Positions 35,788 to 48,700 of a stretch of 64,000 bases of DNA are shown here, in pieces. The DNA comes from Macrostomum lignano (lineage: Eukaryota). The number at the start of each line of letters is the position of its first letter. Position 1 is the first letter of the stretch. Both the position numbers and the translations under genes were made by a program. The stretch lies in contig NIVC01002367.1 of assembly GCA_002269645.1 (NCBI GenBank), positions 115,947 through 179,946 on the forward strand, given 5' to 3'. Below the pieces are notes generated by a model. That model was given only the letters and a program-made list of their open reading frames with translations, had not been told where the DNA came from and did no database searches.

Positions 35788-37961
35788 ATGTCCCGCCGAG
35801 TTATATCCACCCTCTGGGATAATAATCGCCCCTCCGAAGAGTTAACCGCCCTCGACGGTGAAATCCCTGAACATATAGTTCCCCTAGGCACTGAAAACAA
35901 CGGAACTGATAATTGGGGAGCTGATCAATATTTAGCTTGGGCTATGGCCTATGATAGTGACCCCGAGTCTGAAGTTTTCGACCTCCCGCTGTTGGCTATC
36001 AGAGGGGTTGTGAACGGTGCCCCTGTTGCTGCTGCCTCCGATTGCAGCAGCAGCAATCGGAGGTGCCACCTGCAGAAATTGAACCTGCCAATGCATTGGC
36101 TGCCCTGGATGTCAGTCATCGGAAGCTCGTACTGCTGATACCAGTCACGCAATCGGCAATGCGCTGGCTCAGTTGTTATGGGCTAATCCGGAACTCTTTG
36201 CAGTGCGAGAACTGCAACATCGCTATGAGCCTACATTGCCACGAAGCTGCTGACTGTAGCGATGGCAGGCGTTGGGCCTGCAAGATGTGTCAGTGACATA
36301 GGGTCATAAGGACAGGCTCATTCTTTGCCAAGAGTCACCTATTACTGATACAGCTGGTTGATCTCATTTATTTCTGGGCCCGGAACACCAGGGCAACGGA
36401 TGTTATGCGAGAGTGCCACCTTGGGTCGTGGAGTACCACCATAGACTGGCTAAATTTTGTTTGCGACATGTTCCCAGTACATCCTTGACCATCTGGTGCA
36501 GCTCGGAGGACCAGGTCGAGAAGTCGAGATCGACAAGAGCAAATTTATGCACAGGAAATACCACCAGGGTGCATACAAAGAGGGCCACTGGGTGCTGGGC
36601 ATGGTGGAACATGGTACAAACCACTGTGTAATGGTAGTCATTCCAGATCGCTCGGCTAATACTCTGGTTACTATCATTAACCAGCATATATTACTAGGCA
36701 CCCGAGTGATCACTGACCAGTGGGCGGCCTATAATCAACTGACCAATCATGTTGTAGAGTGTTCTACCTCCCGTTAAAAGTAAAAAGTAGAAACCATAGA
36801 AACTACTGTAAGTAAGCTAGTGCATGCATGCGCAATTAAACCTGAAAATGATGCAAGTTGCTATTTATAGCATATGAATCATGTTCCTATTTATAGCGAA
36901 TGAATCATGTTGCTGTTCATGGCGACAGAGTGATTCATGTTGCTATTTATAGCAGCAGGATGATTCATGTTACTATATATAGTAACAAAATGAGTCATGT
37001 TACTATTTTTAAACGCAATCAATCTTATTTCCCCTTGTAGCGCAACAAGTGACTCATGAAGAAAAAGTCTATAAATACAAGCGGCCCAACGCGGCACCGG
37101 AGTCATTCTCCCCACAGAAGAGGAGCGCTCCGAAGATGTGTCTTTAGAAAGACATCCTAGTTAACCAGTCAATCGAGACTTGGTTCGGTTGTTGCGGTAA
37201 GCCTTTCTTATTTGCGCCAGTTGTTGCTAGAGACGTCTCGCTCTAGTCTATTGAGACTCGAGATCATTAAAGTCTATTGAGACTTTTAAGTCTGTTGAGA
37301 CTCCCTTGGCTGTAGTCGCCCGAAGGACTACCCTAGTAGATCTTAGAGGAGCTACTACAGATATCCGGAGCATTACCTAGAGTGCATAGAGGCACTACTA
37401 GAAGAAGAAGGCTTAACTGATACTGCTATTCGGCGCAGGGTACCCATTGTTAAATCGAAGCTTCTGATTGGTCCTGACTGCAGATACCGGCCGGAACAAC
37501 TTCATCGGAAGTAGAAGAATAAGCAGGACCGAACAACAAATTTAATTTGTTAATACTTCCGGAAGACAAGGAGAAAGACCTACACGATATCTACTGAGAG
37601 AACAACAAAGGAGATATCTCACCAGGAATCAGGGTAATTGAATACATTCATTTGATTACTGGGTTGCCTAGCTAAAGAGCTAGAAGTGATTGTTCCTTGA
37701 TTATTTAAGGACTAGTAATAAGGAACACATCAATATGACCATTAATCACTCTATCTGGTTTGTTGACCCAATGATCCTACCATCCATACAAACATCATTG
37801 AGGGTGCATGGGCTAACTGCAAGGCCAAGTACTCGGCGATGCATGGTACTGCGGATGGCCTGTTCGAGATGTACCCACAAGAGTTTTTATGGCACCGGCT
37901 GTTCCAAGAGCGTCAATTCGGGAACATGTTGTATTGGATATGCCATTATTATCCATGTTAA
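35788..37961 (+). pseudogene. Merlin (IS1595/ISXO2-like) DDE transposase, disrupted and split by a solo LTR
   Basis: Motifs CENC...DGRRWACKMC, IRTGSFF, LGGPGREVEIDKSKF, WVLGMVE, DRSANTL, ITDQWAAY, TINHSIWFVDP, IEGAW and QEFLW. Stop at 36294-36296 plus frameshifts. TIRs not identified. Confidence 0.88.
36753..37732 (+). mobile_element. Solo LTR family W, copy 2 (980 bp, TSD ATGT/ATAT)
   Basis: TGTAGAGT...AACACATCA. Its removal restores YNQLTNH(V/M)TINHS in the Merlin frame. Confidence 0.9.
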
Positions 37962-38134
37962 CTGTTGTGACTATCATGAATGACTATTATATAAGTTTAT
38001 CGTCATTTCTTATCTTATTCTTGCTGTGCCGCAATTTTCAGTGTCCCAAATCTATTCTCAGTGTCATAAATCATAGATAGTAGATAGTAGATAGTAGGAT
38101 AGTATCTACTAGTAGATAGTAGATAGTAGGATCT

Positions 38135-40320
38135 CTAGTAGGATACTATCAGTAGTATGAGGGGAACATGTGCACTATAGTTTAGGGACATACTGTAGAG
38201 TATTATATCTCCCAGAAAAGTTATTTAAAATTGTTAACGTACTACTTAAATAGTAGTAATTTGAGGAGCATGTATAACGATATTCGCTGAACCATACATA
38301 TATTCGAATTAACCAATAGAAAGAGAGAAATCTCGAGCATGCTAATTTTAGAAATCACCCAATCACGTGCGACCAACAACTGTCAATTCAAACCCCACCT
38401 TCAAGTCATCATTTGGTTTGCACTCGGGTTGCACCCGGATGAACCAATCAAAGTCTACCAGCTACGGTAACCAATCATGCGCTTTTACAGTAGACTAGTG
38501 GCGCAACTTTCTACCCTCTCTTGCTTGACAGCCACCGAATCGTGACCCTTTGACATTTGCGAAGACAGTGATGTACGACCTCGAGAGAGGTCTGAACGCC
38601 TATAAATACAAGTGGTCCGGAACGGACTCAGAGCCAACAATTCCTCCGGAAGGAGAAGAGCTCCGAAGAGGAAGCCACTACAGGACTTCCTACAGAAGAA
38701 TCGTCGAGTTCTTACGGTAAGCCTTACTCATTTGCGCCTGTGTTTTGAGACGTCTCGTTGGAGTTTAGTTTGAGTCTGTTGAGACTCCTGAGTCTGTTTA
38801 GACTCTACTGGTTGCAGTCTCCAGAAGGACTGCCCCTGATAGATCTTAGAAGACTATCCGTGGTTTCCGGAGCTATACCTAGAGTGCATAGAGGCACTGA
38901 TAGAAGGAGTAGGCTTATATTAATCCGCAGTTTGGTGCAGGGTACCCATTGTTAATTTGGAAGCTTCTTATTGGTCTGAACGACAGATACCGGCCGGCAA
39001 AAGAAGAAAAAGAAACTCGGACCAGGACTACAAGTCGAGTCGAATTCAGGCCTGAGCTACAGATCGAGATCTACACAAGATCTACGAAGGACTCACGGAT
39101 TCATCTGGAAACCATGGATATCTCATAAGAAGTCAAGGTAATTGAATGCCTTCGTTTGAATTACTGGGTTGCCTAGCTAAAGAGCTAGAAGTGATTGTTC
39201 TTTGATTACCGAAGTCGGGTAATAAGGAACACATCGATACACTAGCATAATGTTGTAAGGTCGCAATTCATCATTATAGTTTTAAGATGGCCCGAAGAAA
39301 TAGTCCTTTTCCACTCACACGTCTGATTTCTTTTCCAGATGGCCTTTGCTAACTCAAAAGCATGGCGGCTACCCCCGCCGCCGCCGCCCCTGCCGCCGCC
39401 GCCGCCACCACCTCGCCGGCTGAGGCGGCTGCAGAGCGGCCAGCTGCGGCTGCTTTAATAAGTTAACAATCTCTGTGTACTTTAGGCTGGGCTACAAATC
39501 TGATTGTAGGGAAAGTTTGTATATATAGATAGATATAGATAGATAAAAATTTTACTGCTTAAAACATTTGAAATTAACTTTTTAGACAGGCAGACAGACA
39601 GACAGACAGACAGACAAACTTTCCCTACAATCAGATATGAACCCTCTAGTCGACATTATTAATTTTAATATTAAATTATTATTGTTACTATTAAATTGTT
39701 ATTAAAATTGTAATAATGTATTGTTCCTTATAAATAATTTCTTAATGTAATGTTGTTTAATGTAATTTAATGTAATGTAATATAAAATGAATATAATATT
39801 GTTTAATTTAATTTAATGTAATAATGTAATTTTATTTTTTTGATTTTATATTAAATTTAATTTAATTGTAATTTAACTTAATTGAATGTAATTTAATGTA
39901 ATAATGTATTAATAAATTAATCAGCCCAAGGGTTCTGCCCAGCCGAATTTTTGGATTGAAATTCTTGCGCTTCAATTTCTTCCTTATTTAATGATCATAC
40001 CCTAGAGTTTACAACAGTAGAGCTCAGTGGTAGAGGTTTCATAAAAGTGTCATAATCAGCCAATAGGCTTGGCAGGCTATAATAAGTTAAACAACAGAAT
40101 TGCACACTGGTCCAATTTGTATTAAAAATTAGTACTTAGGAATGCTGTTCAATGCAACCAATTGAGTTCAATTGCAGTACCCCAGCAGCCTGGATGGCTA
40201 GCCATGTTTTTGCCACTCGATGTTCTGATACTTGGCGGCGGTGCTTAGCAAGTTATTGCATCTTGCGACAACAGATAAGCACATTCCATCCATAATTGAC
40301 TTGTTCTGAATTGTAAATAA
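38135..40320. mobile_element. HINE-like element copy B, split by solo LTR W3
   Basis: Collinear with 25255-26300. Perfect inverted repeat atctgattgtagggaaagtt at 39498-39517 and 39617-39636 around CAGA repeats. AT-rich expansion at 39650-39920. Confidence 0.6.
38194..39236 (+). mobile_element. Solo LTR family W, diverged copy 3 (1043 bp, TSD ATAC)
   Basis: TGTAGAGT...AACACATCG, with ATAC at 38190-38193 and 39237-39240. Confidence 0.85.
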
Positions 40321-40342
40321 AGTTATCCTGCTGCAACGCCGA

Positions 40343-40660
40343 ATGGGCCGCCGCCAGCTAGAGTGTCGCCTCAGCATCCTGGGCTATGCTGATGATCTCA
40401 CCCTGCTGTTCTCAACCGTCGAGGGCACCCAATGTCAGCTGGACCATCTGGTTGGCATTGCTGCGAGCGTCGGCCTGGTGATCAACATGCAAAAGATCGT
40501 CGTGCTCACCATGCCCACTAACAGCTAAGCCAATATCTACTGCAAAGGCGCTGATGGGCAGGCAACACTGCTGTCGCGCATTTAGCAGTTCGTGTACCTC
40601 GGCGGCCTGGTACCCGACACCTTCGACGACCTGAGGCGTTGCCATGGACTCACTTGGTTG
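40343..40660 (+). pseudogene. Non-LTR retrotransposon (LINE) RT fragment
   Basis: LGYADDLTLL...SVGLVINMQK...FVYLG, with stops. Confidence 0.8.
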
Positions 40661-40665
40661 GCCTA

Positions 40666-41012
40666 CTCAATTTGGGTTGCCTAGCTAAAGAGCTAGAAGT
40701 GATTGTTCCTTGATTATCCATATGACCATTAATCACTCTATCTGGTTTGTTGACCCCAATGATCCTACCATCCATACAAACACCATTGAGGGTGCATGGG
40801 CTAACTACAAGGCCAAGTACTGGGCGATGCATGGTACTGCGGATGGCCTGTTCGAGATGTACCTACAAGAGTTTTTATGGTGCTGGCTGTTCCAAGAGTG
40901 TCAATTCGGGAACATGTTGTATTGGATATGCCATTATTATCCATGTTAACTGTTGTGACTATCATGAGTGACTATTATATAAGTTTATAATCATTTCTTA
41001 TTGTTGCTATGC
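40666..41012 (+). mobile_element. Partial duplicate of the LTR-W/Merlin junction and Merlin C-terminus
   Basis: Homologous to about 37655-38038, lacks about 26 bp of the LTR end, and has an open frame at 40710-40949. Confidence 0.85.
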
Positions 41013-41551
41013 CGCAATTTTTGGAAAAATAATTATAAGCAGAGAACTGTAGGATTGCCTAGATTTATAGAGGGTGCAAATCAAATAAATGAATGAATGA
41101 ACAAGTGAGCAAAGTGAATGAGAGAGTGAATGAGTGAATGTACCAACAAAGGAGAGTATGTAGTGACCTTCGCGAACTTTCTTTAGCGTATGAATAATAG
41201 AAATTTCCCGATATGGTAATATTAAATATTTTACGCTTTTCCTGAAATTTCCATCATGTTCACAATATTATTTCTACACCGTCTATGCATAATTAGTTAT
41301 TAATTTACATGAATTCTTGTACTGTAACACTTAGTCACTATTTGAGCAATACGTACATACAACTTCAATTTCATACCAATACATACCAATAGTACATACC
41401 AATTTCATCTATAAATACACGAAACCAGAAATGCAATTATTTTAAGTTCTTTTCAATCACTCGATTGACTCAAATAAACAGAGCATTCAACTGCTAAAGC
41501 CTTTACAACTGGTCCGGTGAGGCGGATCAACGCAAATACATCGCGACAACA

Positions 41552-42568
41552 ATGTCAACTCCTAGTGACTCCAGTGCGTCGAACCTACCGCCTCCTCCAC
41601 CGACGGAGCAACCTCCGTTACCGGTCGTCAGCCAGCCCAGCGGCGTTGCTTCACCACCGGCGATAAGCCCGCCTAGCACCACCGCCGCGGCACCGTCGAT
41701 TAGCCAGCCCAGCGTCCTTTTCTCGCCGGCTGCGATGCCGCCTTACCAGCAGGCTGTGGCTGCCGTCAGCGTCAAAGCCCCGCCGTTCTATCGCAACAAC
41801 CCAGACGCTTGGTTCCAGACGCTGGAATCTCAGTTTAAGTTAGCCCGCATCACATCCGAGGAAACAAAGTACCATCACCTCGTGTCCAACCTGCCAGAAG
41901 ACGTCGCATCTGTTCTCCTGTCGTCTGAGACTCCTGCCAACTACACTCTACTGAAGACCAGCGTCTGCAACATGATGCAGAAGAGTAAGCAGGAGAAGAT
42001 TAACGAACTTCTGGCGACATCGGACCTCGGCGGCGACAAGCCCTCGATTTTTCTACAACGCCTCACAGCCAAGATGTCGCAATGCGGGATACAACCAGCC
42101 AGCTGCCCGGACATGGTCAAAGCCACGCTGTTGCGCTGCCTACCGAGCGAATTCCGCCTGGCCTTGTCTGGATTCCAGGAACAGACTCCAGCACAGCTCG
42201 CCTCCATCGCCGACTCGATGTTCGCCGTCCAGAATTCATTCGGTCGGGTCAACGCAGCGCAACCAGAGCTCATCGCGGCTGTACCAGCAAAACCAACCGG
42301 TGACTTCAACAAGGCTCGGAAAACTAGAAGCAATGGGATTAAGCCGTTCAAAGCAGGTCAACGCCCCGTCATCTGCCGCGCTCATATCTTCTACGGCCAA
42401 CAAGCGCGTACCTGCCGCCACTGGTGCCAGTTTCCAAAGGCACCAAGTCACTTCCCGCGCGTCCTTACGAACAACGAGGCGACGCCAGCGCAATCGCGAT
42501 CATCGTCACCAACGCGAAACAGCCCAACTCTGGGAAACTGGACGACGCTGCCCAACACGCCGCAGTGA
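41552..42568 (+). CDS. gag: Gag, 338 aa
   Basis: [19 protein letters not shown] capsid-like motif and [18 protein letters not shown] Cys/His knuckle. Confidence 0.92.
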   Translation: MSTPSDSSASNLPPPPPTEQPPLPVVSQPSGVASPPAISPPSTTAAAPSISQPSVLFSPAAMPPYQQAVAAVSVKAPPFYRNNPDAWFQTLESQFKLARITSEETKYHHLVSNLPEDVASVLLSSETPANYTLLKTSVCNMMQKSKQEKINELLATSDLGGDKPSIFLQRLTAKMSQCGIQPASCPDMVKATLLRCLPSEFRLALSGFQEQTPAQLASIADSMFAVQNSFGRVNAAQPELIAAVPAKPTGDFNKARKTRSNGIKPFKAGQRPVICRAHIFYGQQARTCRHWCQFPKAPSHFPRVLTNNEATPAQSRSSSPTRNSPTLGNWTTLPNTPQ

Positions 42569-42594
42569 GCAGCGTCAGCCGAGGAAATGCGGCG
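42532..42594 (+). promoter_or_regulatory. -1 ribosomal frameshift signal: G_GGA_AAC plus H-type pseudoknot
   Basis: Heptamer 42532-42538 is in the gag frame, followed by a 5-nt spacer. Stem 1 is GACGCTGC/GCAGCGTC and stem 2 is CGCCGCA/TGCGGCG. Confidence 0.85.
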
Positions 42595-45500
42595 ACGAAG
42601 CACTTCCTGGTGGTGGACCTCACATTCAACGATCAATGTCTGTCCTTCCTCGTCGACACAGGAGCCGCTGTGTCCATCATTCCGCCAAAGTACCTCCACC
42701 AGGCTCTTCAGGCTACCGGTTACAGATTGACTACCGCCACCGGCACGTCCATTCCGGTTTCTGGAGAGATCACTCTCACCGTCTCCATCCGAGGACTTCG
42801 TCGATCCTTTCAGTGGACCTTCCTCGTCGCCGCCGTCATCCAGCCGATCCTTGGTTATGACTTCCTATCCCGGTACGGTCTTTTAGTTGACTGCAAGGCA
42901 CGACAACTGGTGGATCCAGAAACTACGCTGCACACGCAGACTCTACCTGTCACCAGCCTGCAGCTTGACAGCTTCGCCGTCTCCTTGGCATATCCCGAGC
43001 ATTGCGATCCGAGAGTGCAACAGCTCATCGATCGTTTTGCCGACACCTTCTCGTACGTCGAAGGTGGTCGCCTGTCTAGAGCTGAGGAGGTTAAACACAA
43101 CACGAAGCACCACATCATCACCAACGAGCATCCTCCGACACATGCCAAAGCGCGACAGCTACATCCCGAGAAGCTTGCCATAGCCAAGGACGAGTTCCAG
43201 CAGCTGATCGACGCAGGATACCTTCGGCCTTCCGCCAGCAACTGGGCATCAGCTCTTCATATGGTCCCCAAGAAGGACAACGGTGTACCTAACGGAAAAT
43301 GGCGACCCTGCGGTGATTACCGGCAGCTCAACAAGTTGACCAAACCGGACAACTATCCTATTCCGCACATCCAGTGCTTCACAAGGAGTCTTCACGGTGC
43401 AAGGATCTTCTCGAAGCTGGACCTCGTACGAGCGTACCACCAGATTCCGATCGCCGATGAAGATATTCCGAAGACCGCCATTATTACGCCGTTCGGCCTC
43501 TACGAATGGACCCGCATGCCGTTCGGGCTGCGGAACGCAGCGCAGACATTCCAGCGCTTCATCGACAGCGTCCTGCGGGGTCTTCCATATGCAATAGACT
43601 ACGTTGACGACCTCCTGATCGCATCGCCAAACGAGGAGGATCACCTGCGACACCTGGAATCAGTCCTGACTCGTCTATCGGAGCACGGACTCAAGGTACA
43701 GCTCAGCAAGTGCACCTTCATGCAGCCGGAGGTAACCTTCCTGGGACATCAGGTGTCAGCCGAGGGCATCAGGCCGCTTGCCTCCAAGGTCGACACCATC
43801 CGGCAGTGGCCGATTCCCAAGGATGCCAACGCACTGCGTAGGTTTATCGGTGTCATCGGCTTCTACCGCCGTTTCATCCCGAAATTCGCTGACATCGCCG
43901 CGCCTCTGCAGGATCTCGTTACTACATCTCTGCAGTCTCCACGATCCTACAGATGGAACTCGGTTCATCAAGAAGCCTTCGACAAGCTCAAGGCTGCCTT
44001 GGCAGAGCGGTTGCTGTTGCAGCACCCGGATCCGAATTGCGACGCCTATAGCCTTGTCACGGATGCTTCGTCTTACAGCGTCGGCGCAGCTCTTCATCAA
44101 ACGACTGGCAATGTCGCGACGCCCACCGGCCTGTTCAGCAAGAAGCTGACAGTAACGCAGCAAAAATACTCAGCTTTCGACAGGGAACTCCTCGCAGTGT
44201 ATCTCGCCGTTCTGCATTTCCGGAGCCTGATCGAGGGACGTGAAGTAACGGTTTTCACGGACCACAAGCCCCTAGCTCAGGCGTTCCACAGCAACAGCGG
44301 CGGAACTTCCGACCGGAATCAACGATACCTGAGTGTCATAACTGAATACGTCACGGACATCGCCTACATCCGCGGCTCCGATAACATTGTCGCTGATGCG
44401 CTCTCCCGGCTCGACGAAGCGGACATCAGCCAGGTCAACAACGTCCAGCAGCTGTCACCCATAGACATTCCGGCCATCGCAGACGAGCAGAAGCGGGAGC
44501 AGCTGCTGTCACTCGATGGTTGCCGACCCTACCCGGTGGACGGTCAACGAACCCTGCTCTGCGAGACCTCAACAAACTATCCGCGGCCGGTCGTCCCTGA
44601 GTCGCTGCGACGCCCGGTACTACAGCACTTTCACGACCTGGGACACTTCGGCTTCCGCAAGACCGCCCGCCTCCTCACGTCACGCTACTTCTGGCCAAAT
44701 ATGCGTAGCGACATTAAGGCCTACTGCCGAGCCTGTGAGTCCTGCCAGCGCAACAAGATTAGCCGCCACACGGTATCTGGAAGCTCGGCATTCGACCTGC
44801 CTTCGAATAGATTCGAGACGGTGCACATTGACATCGTCGGGCCTTTGCCAGTTCCGGAACGCCAGCACGACGTCTCATGCGGCTTGTCTCCTCGGTATCT
44901 TCTCACCATGATAGACCGGGGTACCAGCTGGATCGAAGCAGCGCCGATCGAGTCCATCACAGCCCAGAGCGTCGCCTCCGCCTTCCTAGCAACCTGGATC
45001 TCACGATTCGGGGTGCCCCTCTACATCGTGACTGATCGCGGGGCACAGTTCGAAGCGGACCTCTTCAACATCCTGGCTGCCAGCGTTGGTTTCTACCGCC
45101 TCCGTACGACTGCCTACCATCCGCAGACCAACGGCAAAATCGAGCGCGCCCATCGAACGCTCAAGAGCATCCTGAAGGTTCGTGGACAGTCCTGGCTTGA
45201 CAATCTACCACTTGCACTGCTCGCCATGCACATCTCTCCCGATGAGAACGGCGTCAGCCCCTTCACGCGTCTCACGGGGGAGCACCCGATGCTTCCACGA
45301 GTCCTGGTTCCCGACGACGTCAATCCTCAGTCTGTTCGGCTGCGCATGGACGACATCACCGACGGTACGCGATCTTCGCCTTCCACGACCAAGCTGTACA
45401 TCCCTGCCGACCTCTGGACAGCAGAAAAGGTCTGGCTCCGTGTGGATCGCGTTTGCAAGCCTCTAGAAGCACCTTATCAGGGGCCCTATCCTGTCATCCG

Positions 45501-45774
45501 TCGGACAGACAAGTTTTTCATCATCGAGGCTCAGCCTGGTCGGCAGGAGGCCGTTTCGATCGACCGTCTGAAACCATTCCGCACGGCCGGTGGCACCATC
45601 AGTTCAAGGCTACCCGCCAAGAAACAGACGTCCACGGAATCTCGCCAATGTTCCCAGCCGACACCTGTGCTCAACCAGCCGGATGCAGCCGCTAAGGGAG
45701 ACAGCACCCCAGTGATCACCCGGAGTGGCCGGCATGTGCGATTCAAGAAGTGCAATGACTATATGTACTTTTGA
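42532..45774 (+). CDS. pol: Pol (protease-RT-RNase H-integrase), entered by -1 frameshift
   Basis: Motifs [39 protein letters not shown]...[28 protein letters not shown] and YQGPY. Confidence 0.97.
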   Translation, partial: GKLDDAAQHAAVSSVSRGNAATKHFLVVDLTFNDQCLSFLVDTGAAVSIIPPKYLHQALQATGYRLTTATGTSIPVSGEITLTVSIRGLRRSFQWTFLVAAVIQPILGYDFLSRYGLLVDCKARQLVDPETTLHTQTLPVTSLQLDSFAVSLAYPEHCDPRVQQLIDRFADTFSYVEGGRLSRAEEVKHNTKHHIITNEHPPTHAKARQLHPEKLAIAKDEFQQLIDAGYLRPSASNWASALHMVPKKDNGVPNGKWRPCGDYRQLNKLTKPDNYPIPHIQCFTRSLHGARIFSKLDLVRAYHQIPIADEDIPKTAIITPFGLYEWTRMPFGLRNAAQTFQRFIDSVLRGLPYAIDYVDDLLIASPNEEDHLRHLESVLTRLSEHGLKVQLSKCTFMQPEVTFLGHQVSAEGIRPLASKVDTIRQWPIPKDANALRRFIGVIGFYRRFIPKFADIAAPLQDLVTTSLQSPRSYRWNSVHQEAFDKLKAALAERLLLQHPDPNCDAYSLVTDASSYSVGAALHQTTGNVATPTGLFSKKLTVTQQKYSAFDRELLAVYLAVLHFRSLIEGREVTVFTDHKPLAQAFHSNSGGTSDRNQRYLSVITEYVTDIAYIRGSDNIVADALSRLDEADISQVNNVQQLSPIDIPAIADEQKREQLLSLDGCRPYPVDGQRTLLCETSTNYPRPVVPESLRRPVLQHFHDLGHFGFRKTARLLTSRYFWPNMRSDIKAYCRACESCQRNKISRHTVSGSSAFDLPSNRFETVHIDIVGPLPVPERQHDVSCGLSPRYLLTMIDRGTSWIEAAPIESITAQSVASAFLATWISRFGVPLYIVTDRGAQFEADLFNILAASVGFYRLRTTAYHPQTNGKIERAHRTLKSILKVRGQSWLDNLPLALLAMHISPDENGVSPFTRLTGEHPMLPRVLVPDDVNPQSVRLRMDDITDGTRSSPSTTKLYIPADLWTAEKVWLRVDRVCKPLEAPYQGPYPVIRRTDKFFIIEAQPGRQEAVSIDRLKPFRTAGGTISSRLPAKKQTSTESRQCSQPTPVLNQPDAAAKGDSTPVITRSGRHVRFKKCNDYMYF

Positions 45775-48700
45775 TCACTGACTGCACTTTATCTAGGCCA
45801 TCATCTGCTAGCTGTCCCACCTGATGTTTTTCCCCGGGACTCCGTCTTCCGCGGGGGGGACTATTATAGTGACTTTCGCGAACTTTCTTTAGCATATGAA
45901 TAATAGAAATTTCCCGATATGGTAATATTAAATATTCTACGCTTTTCCTGAAATTTCCATCATGTTCACAATATTATTTCTACACCGTCTATGCATAATT
46001 AGTTATTAATTTACATGAATTCTTGTACTGTAACACTTAGTCACTATTTGAGCAATACGTACATACAACTTAGTTTTGTTATAACGATGCACGTTTTTCC
46101 AGAACTTTCCGGAAACACCAATTTCATCTATAAATACACGAAACCAGAAATGCAATTATTTTAAGTTCTTTTCAATCACTCGATTGACTCAAATAAACAG
46201 AGCATTCAACTGCTAAAGCCTTTACAAGTATATGGCCTATCTCTATAAATCTATTCATTACTAATATGCTACATAACTTGTACTTAAATAGCTTTTCTCT
46301 TATATGCAGATTGAAGTATATACATACTAAAATAATTTCTGTCAAGTGTCACTGAATCTTTTGCTGCACATTATGCACTAAAATTGCATTTTAGCTAGAT
46401 GTAGTCTTAGTCTAGAGTCTTGAGCAAGGTTGCTATTGTAACTAAACCTCTTGCCACATACCTTGCACTCATCTGAGACTAGGTATGCACATAAAGATAA
46501 GCTGAGATGCTGCTAAGAAGTACTTTTTACAATGCTTGCACCTTTTTTCCTGTGCACTACACTAAGCTTTAAGATGACTTTTACTAGTGAACTTTTTCTG
46601 CCAAGTGTTGCACACAACTTACAAGTTTGATTGCATGATATTTTTTATAAAGTTATATATTTGTCAAAAGGCCTAGGCTAATAAACTTAATTTTACTCAA
46701 AGACTATATAAGTAGGTACATGTCCAAGACTGCCACATATTTTACTAGTCAAGCTAGAAAAAATTTGGGTGATGTAATAATATGTGCAATCTTGCAAAAC
46801 ATTTACAACCTATTAATTAGATCTGCCAAGATTAAGGTATTGCACCATCAGCTTAACTTTACTGCATGAGAATGCTATGAAAGTTTGATAGGAATGATAC
46901 CAACAGCTTAATGCAGTCAACTAGCTGGATGCAACTCTAATATTCCCACCTGCTGATCCTTGGCAATTATAATAACATTTATAAACCCTTACCCCCATAC
47001 CCAGTGCTAGCTGTATTTGCAACCCTTAGAAGAGGCTAAGCCAATGCAATGAAATAATAGGACTAGAAAAAAGCAATTCAAAAAGTGATAAAACAAAAGT
47101 GCAGCAGCCAAAAGAAAGCTAAGCCAAAGTCCCATTTCAAATTAGAAAAAGGCGAGGTAGCAAAATTGAACATGAAAAGGCGTAGACTCTAAAGACTAAA
47201 ATCATCATGGATAAAACCAATGAAAATAAAGACATTAAAATTGGTCCATAATTCTAATTAAATTGATGCTTTTAATTTATAGCGCTAGGTCTAGGTGATT
47301 TTAATGCCGAGGCATTAATTCAATAACAAGCTGTGCTTTTAAACTCACCAATGCAGAACTGTAGAATTCATAGAATTTTCCATTCTAATTCCAAACGTCT
47401 GGAAAGCCGTAGCGAGGGAGAGGGAGAAGACAGTGACAAAAGTAAGTGTGGATGTAGTGTAGATAGTTTATAGAAAGGCGCTTGTGCATGCACGGGAGAG
47501 GTGGCTGGACTCCGTGAAGGGTGTGGGCAACTCGGATTGGCGGAGAGGGAGAGAGGCGAAGAGGGAAATAAGAGGAGGGCTTAGTTGGCTGTTATGGCAG
47601 TCTGTCTGTGTTTGCTCTGAATTATAATAGACGTCCTTCCTTCCCGATACGAGCGTATGAGAATGATCAATAGAATTCTAGAATATCTAACCTGGGGCTG
47701 GAAGGCTTTTTCTTGTTTCAAGGCCAAACAGTCTCGTCCTCCACCCCCGTAATCTTGTCGGAAGAACTTGGTAGGGGAGGGGGGTTGATATTTCAGTCAC
47801 GTTTCATATGTGTGCATTGTGCACATGACTCAGCCCCATATTTTTTCAGTTCGTCTAGGGGACCTATGGCAAGAAAAGCACACAAAATATGCGGCGTTAA
47901 AATTGGCCTTGGTTAAAATTGGTTAAAATGGCCTTGTTTAAAATTGGCCTTCTGCATGGGAATCTGGGTTGACTTGGTCACTGGACCCTGATAAATGTAG
48001 TTATTTCGTGGGCTCGGAGTTCTATGGCATAAGATCCCCATGTTCAGGTTCGGGATACGTCTGCTCTGCTACGAGCTAGCATGCTAATTAATCTGTCCAA
48101 ATCCAAATTCAAAACCAAGAACTCTACCGAGACCACTCTAAAAAGAGGTTCACTGAGCCACTGTCAGCCACAACAACCACATTAATAATTGAAATTTGCA
48201 ACTGGCTTTCTGGGTGAGAAGCAACTACTCGTAAAATTTGCTGCGAGGAATTGAGAATCATGAGAATAATTATTGTACCATGACCTTTGTGCCCGCTGGG
48301 CACTTATTCTTGCCTTTTAATGCCATAAACTACATTTAAGCCCGCTTGCAGGAGTCACACTTACTTTAATGCAAATTAGCTGGCAGTTAATGACATTTAA
48401 CGCCCGATTGTCTATTTCAAACTTACTCTAATGCCCCACTTTGTCAAGGACACAAATGTCTATAGCACAATAATAGTAATATACCCATGCTTTTAGGGCG
48501 TTAATGGGAAAATCAGAGGGCGCCGTTAGAGTCATTAATGTACTAATGACGCCAAAAATGGGAACCATAGATACAAAATGAGAATCGTGGCGCCAAAGTA
48601 AGATTGAGTGTGAGGGAGTGAGCGACTGACTGAAGATGGAGACTTCATTTCAGTATCTTGCATTAGTTGTAAAAAGGTCGTGTAGCGTATGGTTAACCCA

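Larger units (their letters stand above)
41159..46226 (+). mobile_element. Full-length Ty3/Gypsy LTR retrotransposon with 4-bp TSD AGTA
   Basis: 5' LTR 41159-41507 and 3' LTR 45865-46226. AGTA at 41155-41158 and 46227-46230. PBS at 41510-41527, PPT at 45851-45864. Intact gag and pol. Confidence 0.97.

Noticed and set aside
35887-38045. Candidate Merlin TIR pair GGCACTGAAAACAACGG / CCGCAATTTTCAGTGTC
   Set aside because: Only 13/17 match, no TSD, and the left copy lies inside the apparent N-terminal coding region.
41941-45755. Many short overlapping and antisense ORFs within gag-pol
   Set aside because: Expected shadows of a GC-rich coding region.
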